DNA from: an uncultured Poribacteria bacterium
Lineage (GTDB): Bacteria > Poribacteria > WGA-4E > WGA-3G
Direction: 5' to 3'
Assembly (NCBI GenBank): GCA_951813565.1
Contig: OX638351.1
Span: forward strand, 1,344,001 to 1,408,000
DNA: 64,000 bases
In this document: positions 19,126-28,857 of the stretch, piece after piece
Position numbering within the stretch: position 1 is the stretch's first letter
Layout of the letters: each line of letters starts with the position of its first letter
Position numbers and translations under genes: made by a program
The notes under the pieces: generated by a model
Told to the model about the DNA's origin: nothing
The model's input: only the letters and a program-made list of their open reading frames with translations
The model's database searches: none

Positions 19126-21057
19126 ATGAGATATGCTCAAAAAATGCTCAGCAAATTGTCCGCGCTTCGGCTTCAGAACAAGATTTTTTTTACTTATAGT
19201 CTTGTGTTCCTACTCATGTTTGCTGTTATCTTTGGGATTGCCAGTTTTCTGATTGACCGTGCTTTTAATACGCAATTTGAGAAAGACGTCGTTGAGTTGA
19301 GAACAAAAATTTCCAATTTGTATACGCTGTTTGTTGACTCTATTAGAATTGAGGTAAAAGCAATAGGTGAAGACCGAGACTTACGTAATGCAGTGCGGCG
19401 AGCAGAGAGAGGCGGCAGAGACATTCCACAAACTAATTTTGATGTTTTTGAATGTGGTAACACTGAGGGAATACTGGTGCTAAGTAAACGGATAGATGAA
19501 CCGCGCATCGGGCGAAAAGAAACTGAGATCGCTAATGTGAAAGTAGACGCATCATTCAAAGAGGGAAAAGGCACGATCCGTGAGCGGACTATCAAAACCG
19601 GTGAGGAACCGGAGTTAGTAGTTGAGGTGACGCAGTGGTTGGATTGGGGCTTTGTTACCGGAGGGCGGTCACTTGAAAAATGGTTAAAAGGTGAACTGCT
19701 CATCCAGCCGTCTGAACATCCGATTTTTCTTGTCAAAAGAAAGAATGAGCAAGAAGAGTGGATTCCTTTAAACAATATTGCGTACCACACACCGACTTTG
19801 AAAGCTAAATGGGAGCAGCAAAAGCAAACGAATGAGGAAGAGGACAAATCCGTTGAGGCGTTGGTGATCACTTTGAGGGATATTCAGCAATCTGAAGCCA
19901 CAGAAGCATCAGATAACGGCACTCGGACGTCCACATTTACAGTTATCCGTGCCGACATCTTAAGCTCACCTTTTTCGGATACGCAACGATTGCCTTTTGT
20001 AGAGTTAATTATCGCTTATTCGCATCAGTATCGTATTCAATGGCAAGAACAGATGATGATAATTTTGTTGTGGAGCATTGGTGGTGGTGCTGTATTGGTC
20101 TACTGCAGTAGTTATCTCGTGAGTCGGCGGATCACTCGTCCAATTGCCCAGCTCCAGCGAGGGGTAAACGAGGTCGGTGCTGGGAACCTTACTTATCAGA
20201 TCGCTGTTCAATCCAAGGGGGAAATAGGGGCGCTTGCTGATGGATTTAACCGGATGGCACTTGCGTTGAAACAGAGTTTAGAGGAGCATAAGGCAGCTGA
20301 AAGGGTCGCTGTATGGCGGGATGTCGCGCGCCAGCTCGCGCATGAAGTCAAAAATCCGCTATTCCCGATTCAGCTTTCCGTTGAGAACTTGCAAGCAGCG
20401 AGAGAACAACCAGCGATTTTTGAGAAAATCTTTGATGAATGTACAGAAACAATTATTGAAGAAGTTGACCGCATTCGTGGACTAATAGATGAGTTTCACC
20501 AATATGCGCGGTTACCCGTGCCTGACCGACATCCAGTTAATTTAAATGATATTGTAAATGCTGTTTTGAAATTGTATATGGAGTTATCTCAAGCACAAAA
20601 TATTAAGGTTGAAAAACAGTTGAGCCCGCTGCCACCTCTTTCATTAGACCAAGAGCAGATGGAACGTGCTGTGGGTAATCTTGTTAAGAATGCCATTGAA
20701 GCGATGCCGAACGGTGGAACGCTCATCCTTAGAACTTTTTCTACATCAATTGAAAAGGGAAGGAATATCTCGCTTGAAGTGAAAGATACTGGACACGGAA
20801 TGTCCGAGGAGACTCAACAAAACCTTTTTGCTGCTGATTATACAACTAAATCTTACGGGACTGGTCTTGGCATGGCAATTGTGCGCCGTATTATCACTGT
20901 CCATGGTGGAGAGATAGCAGTAGAATCGGAGGAGAACACCGGAACAACGATACGGATTACCTTTAACGAAACCTCATACCTTACCGAGACTGCACCTGTT
21001 TTGATGTTACCTGAAACTGCTCCAATGCGTATTCCGAATGGTGAGGAAGAGGGTTAG
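19126..21057 (+). CDS. HAMP-domain sensor histidine kinase (NtrY-like)
   Basis: Two TM segments, HAMP, WRDVARQLAHEVKNPL, NLVKNAIEAM, DTGHG, GTGLG; start uncertain. Confidence 0.9.
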   Translation: MRYAQKMLSKLSALRLQNKIFFTYSLVFLLMFAVIFGIASFLIDRAFNTQFEKDVVELRTKISNLYTLFVDSIRIEVKAIGEDRDLRNAVRRAERGGRDIPQTNFDVFECGNTEGILVLSKRIDEPRIGRKETEIANVKVDASFKEGKGTIRERTIKTGEEPELVVEVTQWLDWGFVTGGRSLEKWLKGELLIQPSEHPIFLVKRKNEQEEWIPLNNIAYHTPTLKAKWEQQKQTNEEEDKSVEALVITLRDIQQSEATEASDNGTRTSTFTVIRADILSSPFSDTQRLPFVELIIAYSHQYRIQWQEQMMIILLWSIGGGAVLVYCSSYLVSRRITRPIAQLQRGVNEVGAGNLTYQIAVQSKGEIGALADGFNRMALALKQSLEEHKAAERVAVWRDVARQLAHEVKNPLFPIQLSVENLQAAREQPAIFEKIFDECTETIIEEVDRIRGLIDEFHQYARLPVPDRHPVNLNDIVNAVLKLYMELSQAQNIKVEKQLSPLPPLSLDQEQMERAVGNLVKNAIEAMPNGGTLILRTFSTSIEKGRNISLEVKDTGHGMSEETQQNLFAADYTTKSYGTGLGMAIVRRIITVHGGEIAVESEENTGTTIRITFNETSYLTETAPVLMLPETAPMRIPNGEEEG

Positions 21058-21070
21058 CAGACAAATAAGT

Positions 21071-21327
21071 GAGGGTGTGCATAAATAATTTCGATGTTAA
21101 ATATGCGCTTAAAGGTAGTCCGCACACGCCGTGGGTTTCCCACAAGTTCAAAGAGGCGCAGCATGCCACACGGGGAATGCCATAAGGCATTCGGACCGTT
21201 GATTTGGCGCATGCTGCGTTGATTTGGCAATGAATTGCGCGACTACAAACGCATTTCTATAAATCAAGTGGTACCTGGCGTTTGTCCCTGTCTGTGTTGA
21301 TGCGCCAAATATTTATGCACACCCCTC
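21071..21327. mobile_element. MITE with GAGGGTGTGCATAAATA-type TIRs, filled with REP-like units
   Basis: gggtgtgcataaata / tatttatgcacaccc inverted ends; aaataag direct repeat in both flanks. Confidence 0.65.
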
Positions 21328-21367
21328 AAATAAGCTACGAACGTCCAAAATTCAGAGGCGGAGAGAT

Positions 21368-22747
21368 ATGAATACCATTCTTATTGTAGATGACGAAAAG
21401 AATATTCTGAAAATGCTTTCCCAAGGTTTAAGCATCAAAGGTTACAAAACCTTGACTGCAGCGAGTGGAGAAGAGGCGTTACAACTTTGTATGTCTGAGG
21501 ACATTGATCTTGTACTGTTAGATATTATGATGGAAAACGGCATAGATGGTATTGAAACGTTGACGAAATTACTTGAACAGCATCCTAATCTTAATGTCGT
21601 GATGATGTCTGCACAGCAGGATATTGAAATTGCTGTTAAAACATTGGAACTGGGTGCGAAACGCTACGTCACAAAGCCGATACGTATGGATAAAATTCTA
21701 TCCAATATTGAGCCGTTTTTAGAACTCGCGCGCTTAGCAAAAGAAAATGAAATACTTAAGTCCCAAATTGTAGTTGACGATGAAATGGTGGGTGAAAGCG
21801 CTGCCGTCTTCAAACTCCGCGCCGAAATTCGTCAGGTCGCATCAAGCGATCTTGGTGTGCTAATTTCTGGTGAAAATGGTACTGGTAAGCAGCTCGTTGC
21901 TAATGCAATACATAGATATAGCAAACGTTCTGACAACCCTTTTATTCCATTAAACTGCGCGGCGTTACCTGAAGAACTTGTTGAGAGCGAACTTTTTGGA
22001 CATGAACGAGGCGCGTTTACAGGTGCTGATTCTATGCGGCAGGGGCGGTTTGAACTGGCTGATGGCGGCACACTTTTCCTTGATGAAATAGGCGATATGA
22101 GTTTAAAAGCACAAGCAAAAGTGCTACGCGTGCTTGAATATGGAGAAGTGGAGCGGCTCGGAAGCCAACAGATTCGGAATGTGGATGTCCGAATCATCGC
22201 TGCAACTAACAAGGATCTTTCCGAAGAAATTGGGCGCGGGCAGTTCCGAACGGACCTCTATTATCGTCTCAAAATTGTTCCTATTGAGGTGCCACCACTA
22301 CGGGAAAGGTTAGACGATATCCCGATATTGGCGAAATATTTTGCTGAACGGCTACAGATGAATATGGCTTCTACACCGAAAACCTTTGCCGCGGAAGCAT
22401 ATCCTATTTTTCAATCTTATCGCTGGCCCGGCAACATCCGTGAACTCAAAAATATCGTTGAACGGCTACTCATCATGGTAAATCGGAAAATTATTTTGCC
22501 GACTGATGTTGCTGATGTCTTACCGATCAAAAAGAATGAAATGCAGATATTAGACGCTACAGCAGCTTATCAGTCGAATACGCCGCTGAGTACGATGGTT
22601 GATTCAGCCGAGGCACAATGTATTCTGGCAGCCTTGAAAGAGAATGATTGGAACATCCGTCGAACTGCCGAAGTATTGGAAGTAGAGAGAAGTAATTTGT
22701 ATAAAAAGATGAATAAATATAGTATTGCCCGTCCAGATTCAGGTTAA
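21368..22747 (+). CDS. Sigma-54-dependent response regulator (NtrX/NtrC-like)
   Basis: Receiver domain, GENGTGKQ, GAFTGA, LFLDEIGD, WPGNIREL, Fis-type HTH. Confidence 0.92.
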   Translation: MNTILIVDDEKNILKMLSQGLSIKGYKTLTAASGEEALQLCMSEDIDLVLLDIMMENGIDGIETLTKLLEQHPNLNVVMMSAQQDIEIAVKTLELGAKRYVTKPIRMDKILSNIEPFLELARLAKENEILKSQIVVDDEMVGESAAVFKLRAEIRQVASSDLGVLISGENGTGKQLVANAIHRYSKRSDNPFIPLNCAALPEELVESELFGHERGAFTGADSMRQGRFELADGGTLFLDEIGDMSLKAQAKVLRVLEYGEVERLGSQQIRNVDVRIIAATNKDLSEEIGRGQFRTDLYYRLKIVPIEVPPLRERLDDIPILAKYFAERLQMNMASTPKTFAAEAYPIFQSYRWPGNIRELKNIVERLLIMVNRKIILPTDVADVLPIKKNEMQILDATAAYQSNTPLSTMVDSAEAQCILAALKENDWNIRRTAEVLEVERSNLYKKMNKYSIARPDSG

Positions 22748-22941
22748 ATATTCATACGCAGTGGTAGGAGCGGTTTCCTAACCGCTCTGGGTCATATATG
22801 AAAACCGCATTCTACGCGCCGATCTCAGAAAATCTGTGTGCCGTTGTTTGGATAAGCCCGGTTCGGTTGGGAAACCGAACCTACCAGGGGCGGAGGTAAG
22901 TTACGCACTTGAGCTAAATTCACGTTAATTTGTATTATACT

Positions 22942-23096
22942 AACCTAAGTTGCTACGGACAAGATTTCAAGTTAGCAAACACTGCTTTTTACTGAAAAAA
23001 CAAGGCTTTTTCGCTGATTCTTATGTTTTTTGTTCTAAATCGGGGTTAGAAACCCCTCCTACAAGAGCATTTGCGAAATAGGTGGCAACTTGGGTT
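22942..23096. mobile_element. MITE (AACCTAAGTTGC TIR)
   Basis: aacctaagttgc / gcaacttgggtt ends with 5-bp TSD atact. Confidence 0.65.
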
Positions 23097-23141
23097 ATAC
23101 TATACCGATAGCCGATTGCTGAAAGCCAAAAGCCACAAAAT

Positions 23142-23561
23142 ATGAATGAAAACAGCGGCATGACCCGTATTCAACTTCTTATCTTGCTTGTAATTGTTAT
23201 TGTCATAGGAGTGTTCTCTTATCCGCCGTGGGCAGAATATCGCAAAGTTAGCCAAGCAGATGTAGATGTTGAAATGCTCGCCATAGCTATAAAGAAATAC
23301 TACAAACACACGCAGACGTATCCAGCAAATTTGGAGCAACTTGTAACCGATCCTGGCGTGGACGGTTGGCGCAGGACCTATCTAAAATCCGTCCCAAAAA
23401 CGCCTTGGGGTGGGAACTACGCGCTAATACAAGAGACCTATAAAGTCGGAATTGCGAAAAATCACCCGCGTGTACCAACAAAATATCAGATAGATGGGAT
23501 CGCTGAAATCAGCAGGGTTTATCACACGGACGCTGCACAAGGCGAAAAATACTGGTGGTAA
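23142..23561 (+). CDS. GspG-like pseudopilin / type IV pilin-like protein
   Basis: G|MTRIQLL prepilin-like site, hydrophobic helix, YP..LEQLV..W...YLKSVPKTPWGGNY. Confidence 0.7.
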   Translation: MNENSGMTRIQLLILLVIVIVIGVFSYPPWAEYRKVSQADVDVEMLAIAIKKYYKHTQTYPANLEQLVTDPGVDGWRRTYLKSVPKTPWGGNYALIQETYKVGIAKNHPRVPTKYQIDGIAEISRVYHTDAAQGEKYWW

Positions 23562-23564
23562 TCT

Positions 23565-24368
23565 GTGGACGAAATCTGGATACAAATCATCATTTTTTTC
23601 TTAGGTTTAGCAATTGGCAGCTTTCTCAATGTCTGTATCTACCGCATCCCTCGCTCAGATATGTCTATTTATTCGCCGCGCCGCTCCTTTTGTCCTGAAT
23701 GTAATCAATCAATAAAGTTTTACGACAATATCCCGCTTCTGAGTTATCTGCTTTTACGCGGAAAGTGTCGGCATTGCAAAGCGAAAATATCTGTCCTCTA
23801 TCCGATAGTTGAACTCGTTACGGCAGTGCTATTTCTCGCGATGTCCTACCAATTTGGAAGGACACTTGATTTTCTGCATGCACTCATTTTTGTGTCTGTG
23901 CTGATACCAATTTTTGTCATTGATGCGCAACACTATATTATTCCGAATGTCATAAGCCTTACAGGATTGATACTTGGCTTGGGAATAGTGTGTACAATTG
24001 CTTATCATGGTAAAGATTTAGATTATCTAAAGATGCGACTCATTGGGTTTGTAGCAGGCGGTTTGGTGTTGTGGTTAATTGCGTTTATCGGTAGTGCAGT
24101 TATGCGTAAAAAGGCGATGGGTGGCGGAGACGTGAAACTCATGGCGATCATCGGATTGTTTCTCGGTGCGTGGCCAGAGTTACCAATGGTGATAGCGTTA
24201 TCTGCTTTCGGTGGTGCAGTTATCGGGACACTGCTGATAGTAACTGGCAGAAAAAGTCGACAAAGTCCAATTCCTTATGGGCCTTTTCTTGCTGGTGCTG
24301 CTGTGGTTGTGTTGCTGTGGGGCGATCCGCTCTGGGAGAAATACTTGCAATTGACTGGATGGAATTGA
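23565..24368 (+). CDS. pilD: Prepilin peptidase (A24)
   Basis: GSFLNVCIYRIP, two CxxC, MGGGDVKL, IPYGPFL. Confidence 0.92.
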   Translation: MDEIWIQIIIFFLGLAIGSFLNVCIYRIPRSDMSIYSPRRSFCPECNQSIKFYDNIPLLSYLLLRGKCRHCKAKISVLYPIVELVTAVLFLAMSYQFGRTLDFLHALIFVSVLIPIFVIDAQHYIIPNVISLTGLILGLGIVCTIAYHGKDLDYLKMRLIGFVAGGLVLWLIAFIGSAVMRKKAMGGGDVKLMAIIGLFLGAWPELPMVIALSAFGGAVIGTLLIVTGRKSRQSPIPYGPFLAGAAVVVLLWGDPLWEKYLQLTGWN

Positions 24369-24460
24369 CATAGTAGTAGACACACGTTGTGGTGCCATAG
24401 TCGTAATAGATAAAGTTATACAGTATAGTGGAATTAGTTTGTGATCTAACAAGGAGGATT

Positions 24461-24524
24461 TTCATGGACGTAAAAGACGCAATACTTTCAAGACGTTCCA
24501 TTTTCAAATTCAAACAGGAACCCG
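24461..24524 (+). repeat. 64-bp direct duplication of the nitroreductase 5' end (other copy 25282-25345)
   Basis: ttcatggacgtaaaagacgc...caggaacccg occurs twice with one mismatch, each preceded by AAGGAGG. Confidence 0.9.
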
Positions 24525-24613
24525 CTCCATCGGAGCGTTATGTCAATTTACACGTAAGTTGCTATCAGCATCTTCTAATGTAATAAATATTAGTGCTTTA
24601 GAGAAGAAATCCT

Positions 24614-25092
24614 ATGGCAAATACATATACCCAACTCTATATTCATGTTGTATTCGCTGTTAAAGGGAGACAGTCCCTCATTCCAAAACACCACAAAGAG
24701 GAACTTCACCAATACATCACGGGCATTATTACCAATAGAAGGCAGAAGTCATACAAATCAATTCAATGCCCGACCACATTCATATCCTTATAGATATGAC
24801 TCCAGATTGTAATCTTTCTGATTTAGTAAGAGATATTAAGGTGAGTTCAACAAAATTTATCAACAAAAACCGTTGGGTAGTAGGCCAGTTCAAATGGCAG
24901 GAAGGATTTAGTGCATTTACCTATTCACATTCTCAGTTGGGAGATGTTGCAAGATACATCCGAAATCAAGAAAAACATCATTCTCATAGAACATTCAGAG
25001 AGGAATATCTTGAGTTATTGAAACGTTTTGATATTGCTTACGATGAGAAGTATGTTTTTGAGGGTGTTGATGAGAATGCTCCAGAAACATAA
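24614..25092 (+). pseudogene. tnpA: IS200/RAYT-like HUH Y1 transposase with 1-nt frameshift near 24745
   Basis: MANTYTQLYIHVVFAVKGR in one frame, continuing as MPDHIHIL...WQEGF...RYIRNQ in another; flanked by cgctcc-nnn-ggagcg hairpins at 24523, 25133 and 25182. Confidence 0.8.
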
Positions 25093-25284
25093 TGTTCTGT
25101 TGGAATGAGGACAGTAAGTAGGTAACAACATACCGCTCCGCTGGAGCGGAGGAGAGTGCATAACATTTTTCTATAAACATATCGCTCCGCTGGAGCGACT
25201 GAATGTCTCTGATGCTATATGTAAAGGCTCTAATACTTTGCAACCAACCACCTAATAAACTATAATCCAAAAAGGAGGGATTTC

Positions 25285-25854
25285 ATGGACGTAAAAGACG
25301 CAATACTTTCAAGACGTTCCATTTTTAAATTCAAACAGGAACCCGTGCCGAACGATGTCCTTGAACAAATATTCAGTTACGGGATATGGGCACCGAATCA
25401 TCACGTTACAGAACCGTGGCGGTTTACCGTCATCGGCGAAAAAACGAAGTTGGTACTTGCGCAACGTTACCGAGAAATCAAGATGGAGGACACGCCAGAC
25501 CACGTTGATGCGGAAAATCTTGCCAAGATAGGCGAATTGGCTTACGAAAAATTTATGTCTAAGCCAACGATTATCGCTGTGTCCTGTGTCCAAGATGGGG
25601 ACGAACAACGGCAACGTGAAGATTACGCCGCTGCCTGTTGTGCAATGCAGAACGTCCAACTCGCTGCATGGGATGCAGGAGTCGGTATGCAGTGGAGCAC
25701 CGGCAGAATCACGATGGAAGAAAAGACCTATCAGTTGCTTGGAATAGATTCATCGCAGGAATACATTATCGGTTTTTTCTATACTGGTTATCCTGCAGAG
25801 ATTAAAGAACCGAATCGGAAACCTGCTGCTGAATTTATCCGCTGGGTTGCCTAA
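25285..25854 (+). CDS. Nitroreductase family protein
   Basis: ILSRRSI, WAPNH..TEPWRF, QNVQLAAW..GVG..WSTG. Confidence 0.9.
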   Translation: MDVKDAILSRRSIFKFKQEPVPNDVLEQIFSYGIWAPNHHVTEPWRFTVIGEKTKLVLAQRYREIKMEDTPDHVDAENLAKIGELAYEKFMSKPTIIAVSCVQDGDEQRQREDYAAACCAMQNVQLAAWDAGVGMQWSTGRITMEEKTYQLLGIDSSQEYIIGFFYTGYPAEIKEPNRKPAAEFIRWVA

Positions 25855-26018
25855 ACCGATAACCATAAGTGTCAACTTAAGGATATATTTTGTTGTAGGA
25901 GGGATTTTCAACTCCGATAAATCTGCATGCAAAGTAGTAGGCACACTCCGTGTAAACAAGATAAGGCGGACGGAGTATGCCTGCTACCTTTAGATCACTA
26001 TTGACACTTGTGGGTGGC

Positions 26019-26855
26019 TTAAACTGATAGCTGATACGCAGTTTTTGCATTTTTCCAGAAGAACTTCGCCTTAACTTCATCGCCTTTTGGACTGAAGTAG
26101 TCGTTCACAATTTTTTGCACGACTTTATACTGTGCAAAACGTTCGGATACAGGCCAGTTGCTTCCGTAAATAAGTCTATCTTCACCAAACGCTTTCCATA
26201 AAACATCTATTGTTGGCGTGTAGTAGGCAACGTCTTCAGGGGCGGGAGTTTGTCCTGTATGCTCTGCCAAACCCGATACTTTACAGTAGACATTCGGATA
26301 GCGCGCAACTTCCTGTATGGTTGAAACCCATCCCGCATCGGGTGGATTACCATCGACTCGAACGCCAGCGATGTGGTTAATCACAACACGCATCGTTGGT
26401 GTATGTTCAACCAAGGCAGGCACGTTGCGTAATGCATCAGGGTTTATGAGCAGGTCTAAGGTGAGTTCCTTCTCAGCTAATTTCTCAATGTTCTTTAAGA
26501 AGTCAGCATCGCCGAGTGCTTGAAGATGACCGCCTCCGAGACGTATTCCTCGGAAAAGCGGATTGCCAGAAAACCGATTCAGGTTTTTCTCAAAGTCTGC
26601 ATCGTTAGGTGCTAAATTGCCAACGAACCCGACAATAAATGGTTCATTAGCCGCAAGGTCAAGGATCCATTGGTTGTCGTCAACCCACTTGCTTGCCTCA
26701 ACGACTACAGTTCCTGTTACGCCTTCAGGTACAGCGAGTTTTTTGTAATCGTTCGGCATAACGGTGCGGTAAAGTAAGTCATCATTAGGGTTTGGCCACG
26801 GCACACCTTCTGGTCGTGTCGGGTCATAAAAATGTGTATGTGTATCAATAATCAT
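26019..26855 (-). CDS. Amidohydrolase_2 family metal-dependent hydrolase
   Basis: IDTHTH, VINHIAG, CKVSGL, YGSNWPV. Confidence 0.88.
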   Translation of the reverse strand: MIIDTHTHFYDPTRPEGVPWPNPNDDLLYRTVMPNDYKKLAVPEGVTGTVVVEASKWVDDNQWILDLAANEPFIVGFVGNLAPNDADFEKNLNRFSGNPLFRGIRLGGGHLQALGDADFLKNIEKLAEKELTLDLLINPDALRNVPALVEHTPTMRVVINHIAGVRVDGNPPDAGWVSTIQEVARYPNVYCKVSGLAEHTGQTPAPEDVAYYTPTIDVLWKAFGEDRLIYGSNWPVSERFAQYKVVQKIVNDYFSPKGDEVKAKFFWKNAKTAYQLSV

Positions 26856-27758
26856 CAATACTCCTTTGTAAATACTGTAGGACAAGGTTTCCGTGCCTTA
26901 GTCCAGTTAGGTTTTCCCATTGTAGGACAAACTTCCTGTGTCTTAACGCTGTTATCCGTTCTACTGCTAACCTGTTTTCTATATGGATGTCCGGCTCCCG
27001 ATGAGGCACAACAGCAGCGGCGAGAACTCCAGCGCGATGCCTTAAAACTCAAAATGGGGCAAGAACTCAATCCCATTGATCCGGAGGGGCATGTTGCGTT
27101 AGGAAAAATCTATCATCAATTGGGTGAGCACGAGAAGGCGATAGAATCTTTTCAAACAGCAATTTCTCTTGACGAAAAACATCAGCATGCGTATAACAAT
27201 TTGGGTTTAATTTATATTGACCTCCGTCTATTTCTGCTGGCGATAGAAATGTTTCAAGCGGCGCTTGAAATTGAACCGGAGAACCCCGCTTTTTACAACA
27301 ATCTCGGCTATGCTTACGACATGTCGGACAGGTTTGATGAAGCACTGGAGGCTTATCGCAATGCCTTGGATGCCGACTCCGCGTTCGTGGATACCTATTA
27401 CAACCTTGCTGATGCCTATCTAAACCGAGAATCTTATCCAGAGGCCATTCAGTATTACAAAGCAGGTATAGAACTGGATGGTGGTGACGCGACAGTCTAC
27501 TTTAATATCGGTCTTGCATATCAAGAAACCGATGAACTGCTTAGTGCAATCCAAGCCTATGAAAAAGGTGTATCTCTGGATAGCGATGAGGTTGAGGCTT
27601 ACTATCGCCTTGCACTTGCCTATCAAAAAAAGGGTGATCACGTCATGATGCACCGTTATTTAGACACGTTTCTCAAAAAGGCTGAAGGTATCCATCGCTT
27701 TGAAAAACAATATCTCACTGCAAAGCGGATGCGTCAACAAGCATCGGGAGATAGGTAA
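26832..27758 (+). CDS. TPR-repeat (lipo)protein, true start uncertain
   Basis: Several TPR units (AYNNLG, FYNNLG, YYNLA, YFNIG, YYRLA); LYGC lipobox-like site. Confidence 0.8.
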   Translation: MCMCINNHQYSFVNTVGQGFRALVQLGFPIVGQTSCVLTLLSVLLLTCFLYGCPAPDEAQQQRRELQRDALKLKMGQELNPIDPEGHVALGKIYHQLGEHEKAIESFQTAISLDEKHQHAYNNLGLIYIDLRLFLLAIEMFQAALEIEPENPAFYNNLGYAYDMSDRFDEALEAYRNALDADSAFVDTYYNLADAYLNRESYPEAIQYYKAGIELDGGDATVYFNIGLAYQETDELLSAIQAYEKGVSLDSDEVEAYYRLALAYQKKGDHVMMHRYLDTFLKKAEGIHRFEKQYLTAKRMRQQASGDR

Positions 27759-27762
27759 ACCT

Positions 27763-27999
27763 ACGTGAGTTCGGTGTCCAAGATATGAAGTTCTTAATGT
27801 TTTGAATTCTGCTCACATAACCACACTTTGTAGCACAAACTTTATGAAGATTAATTTATTAATTCGGTAATTTTCTGTCCGCACAAGGCAGGTGTACCCA
27901 CCTGCTGGCGAGGTTTCCTAACCTCACAAAATTACCGGTTTATTTTCTTAAACTTCATAAAGTTTGCGCTACAAAAAATTGTTTATACCGAACTTACGT
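27763..27999. mobile_element. MITE (ACGTGAGTTCGG family) with nested element at 27844-27958
   Basis: TIRs plus 7-bp TSD taaacct; shares the nested module with 11610-11896. Confidence 0.75.
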
Positions 28000-28062
28000 T
28001 AAACCTATAAGTTGGGTTTCGCTATCGCTCACTCATAAATCAACGCTGTGAAATCCCATCGA

Positions 28063-28642
28063 TTATTCAGAGAGGGTTCGGATAAGCCTTTCCGCATAGC
28101 CGTTCTCCCAAGGGACACCCTCTGTGTGCCAACGAAATCTCAATTCCATAGCGGGTGAGTGTTGAAATATAGTCGGTTGATAATAGAGATTGCTTCGGTT
28201 GAAACCGAGTGTGTTACAAATCTGTCGCACTGAGTAATTGGTTCTCAAAACCTCTACTATTCCTCGTTTTTCATCTGGAGTCAACCCAGCCATGTTGAGA
28301 CTTTTTTTAGATGTCCAATTCCAGGGTCAACTTGCCAACGAGTTGCTCAAGTTGGGTAATTCGCTGTTGATAGGCATTGGTCTGTTTATCAGCAGGTTCA
28401 AAGAGTGTCGCCGTGTTATCAAGGAAGTGGCGTTTCCACCTTGTGAGTTGTTTTTTGCAGAGGTTATGTTGACGTCAGAGTTCCGCTTGTGAACTCTGAC
28501 CGCTAAGGGCCTCAATAACAACTTCAACCTTAAATTCGGAGTAAACTTTCGTCGTTTTGCCATCGGAAACTCCTTTCAATTATATTGTTATTATACCACA
28601 ATGTTGACTTAGAAAGTGGTCTGAAATTCCGATGGCAGTACA
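28063..28642 (-). pseudogene. Degenerate IS3-family element with internal deletion and frameshifts
   Basis: TG-initiated end at 28642; MAKRRKFTP OrfA start; YSVRQICNTLGFNRSNLYYQ joined almost directly to PWENGYAERLIRTL. Confidence 0.75.
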
Positions 28643-28755
28643 TGGCGTTGATTTGGCTGAATGCCAAAAGCGCATTCATAGCGTTGATTTAGGTTTCACG
28701 TTGTTCAATCCAACCTACAGGTTGTTTATATCGAAAACCGACAAAGAGACATTTT

Positions 28756-28846
28756 ATACCAAATTACCCTAAATCGTAGGGGCGGGTCTCTGTGCCCGCC
28801 CTTACCATCGGCAATGAAAACAATGCAATTCTCGTTAATTTGGTAT
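28756..28846. mobile_element. 91-bp MITE, inverted copy of 17338-17428
   Basis: Direct sequence comparison. Confidence 0.7.
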
Positions 28847-28857
28847 TACTCAAAATT

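Noticed and set aside
19194..19871. 225-aa minus-strand ORF
   Set aside because: Ser-rich antisense shadow of the histidine kinase.
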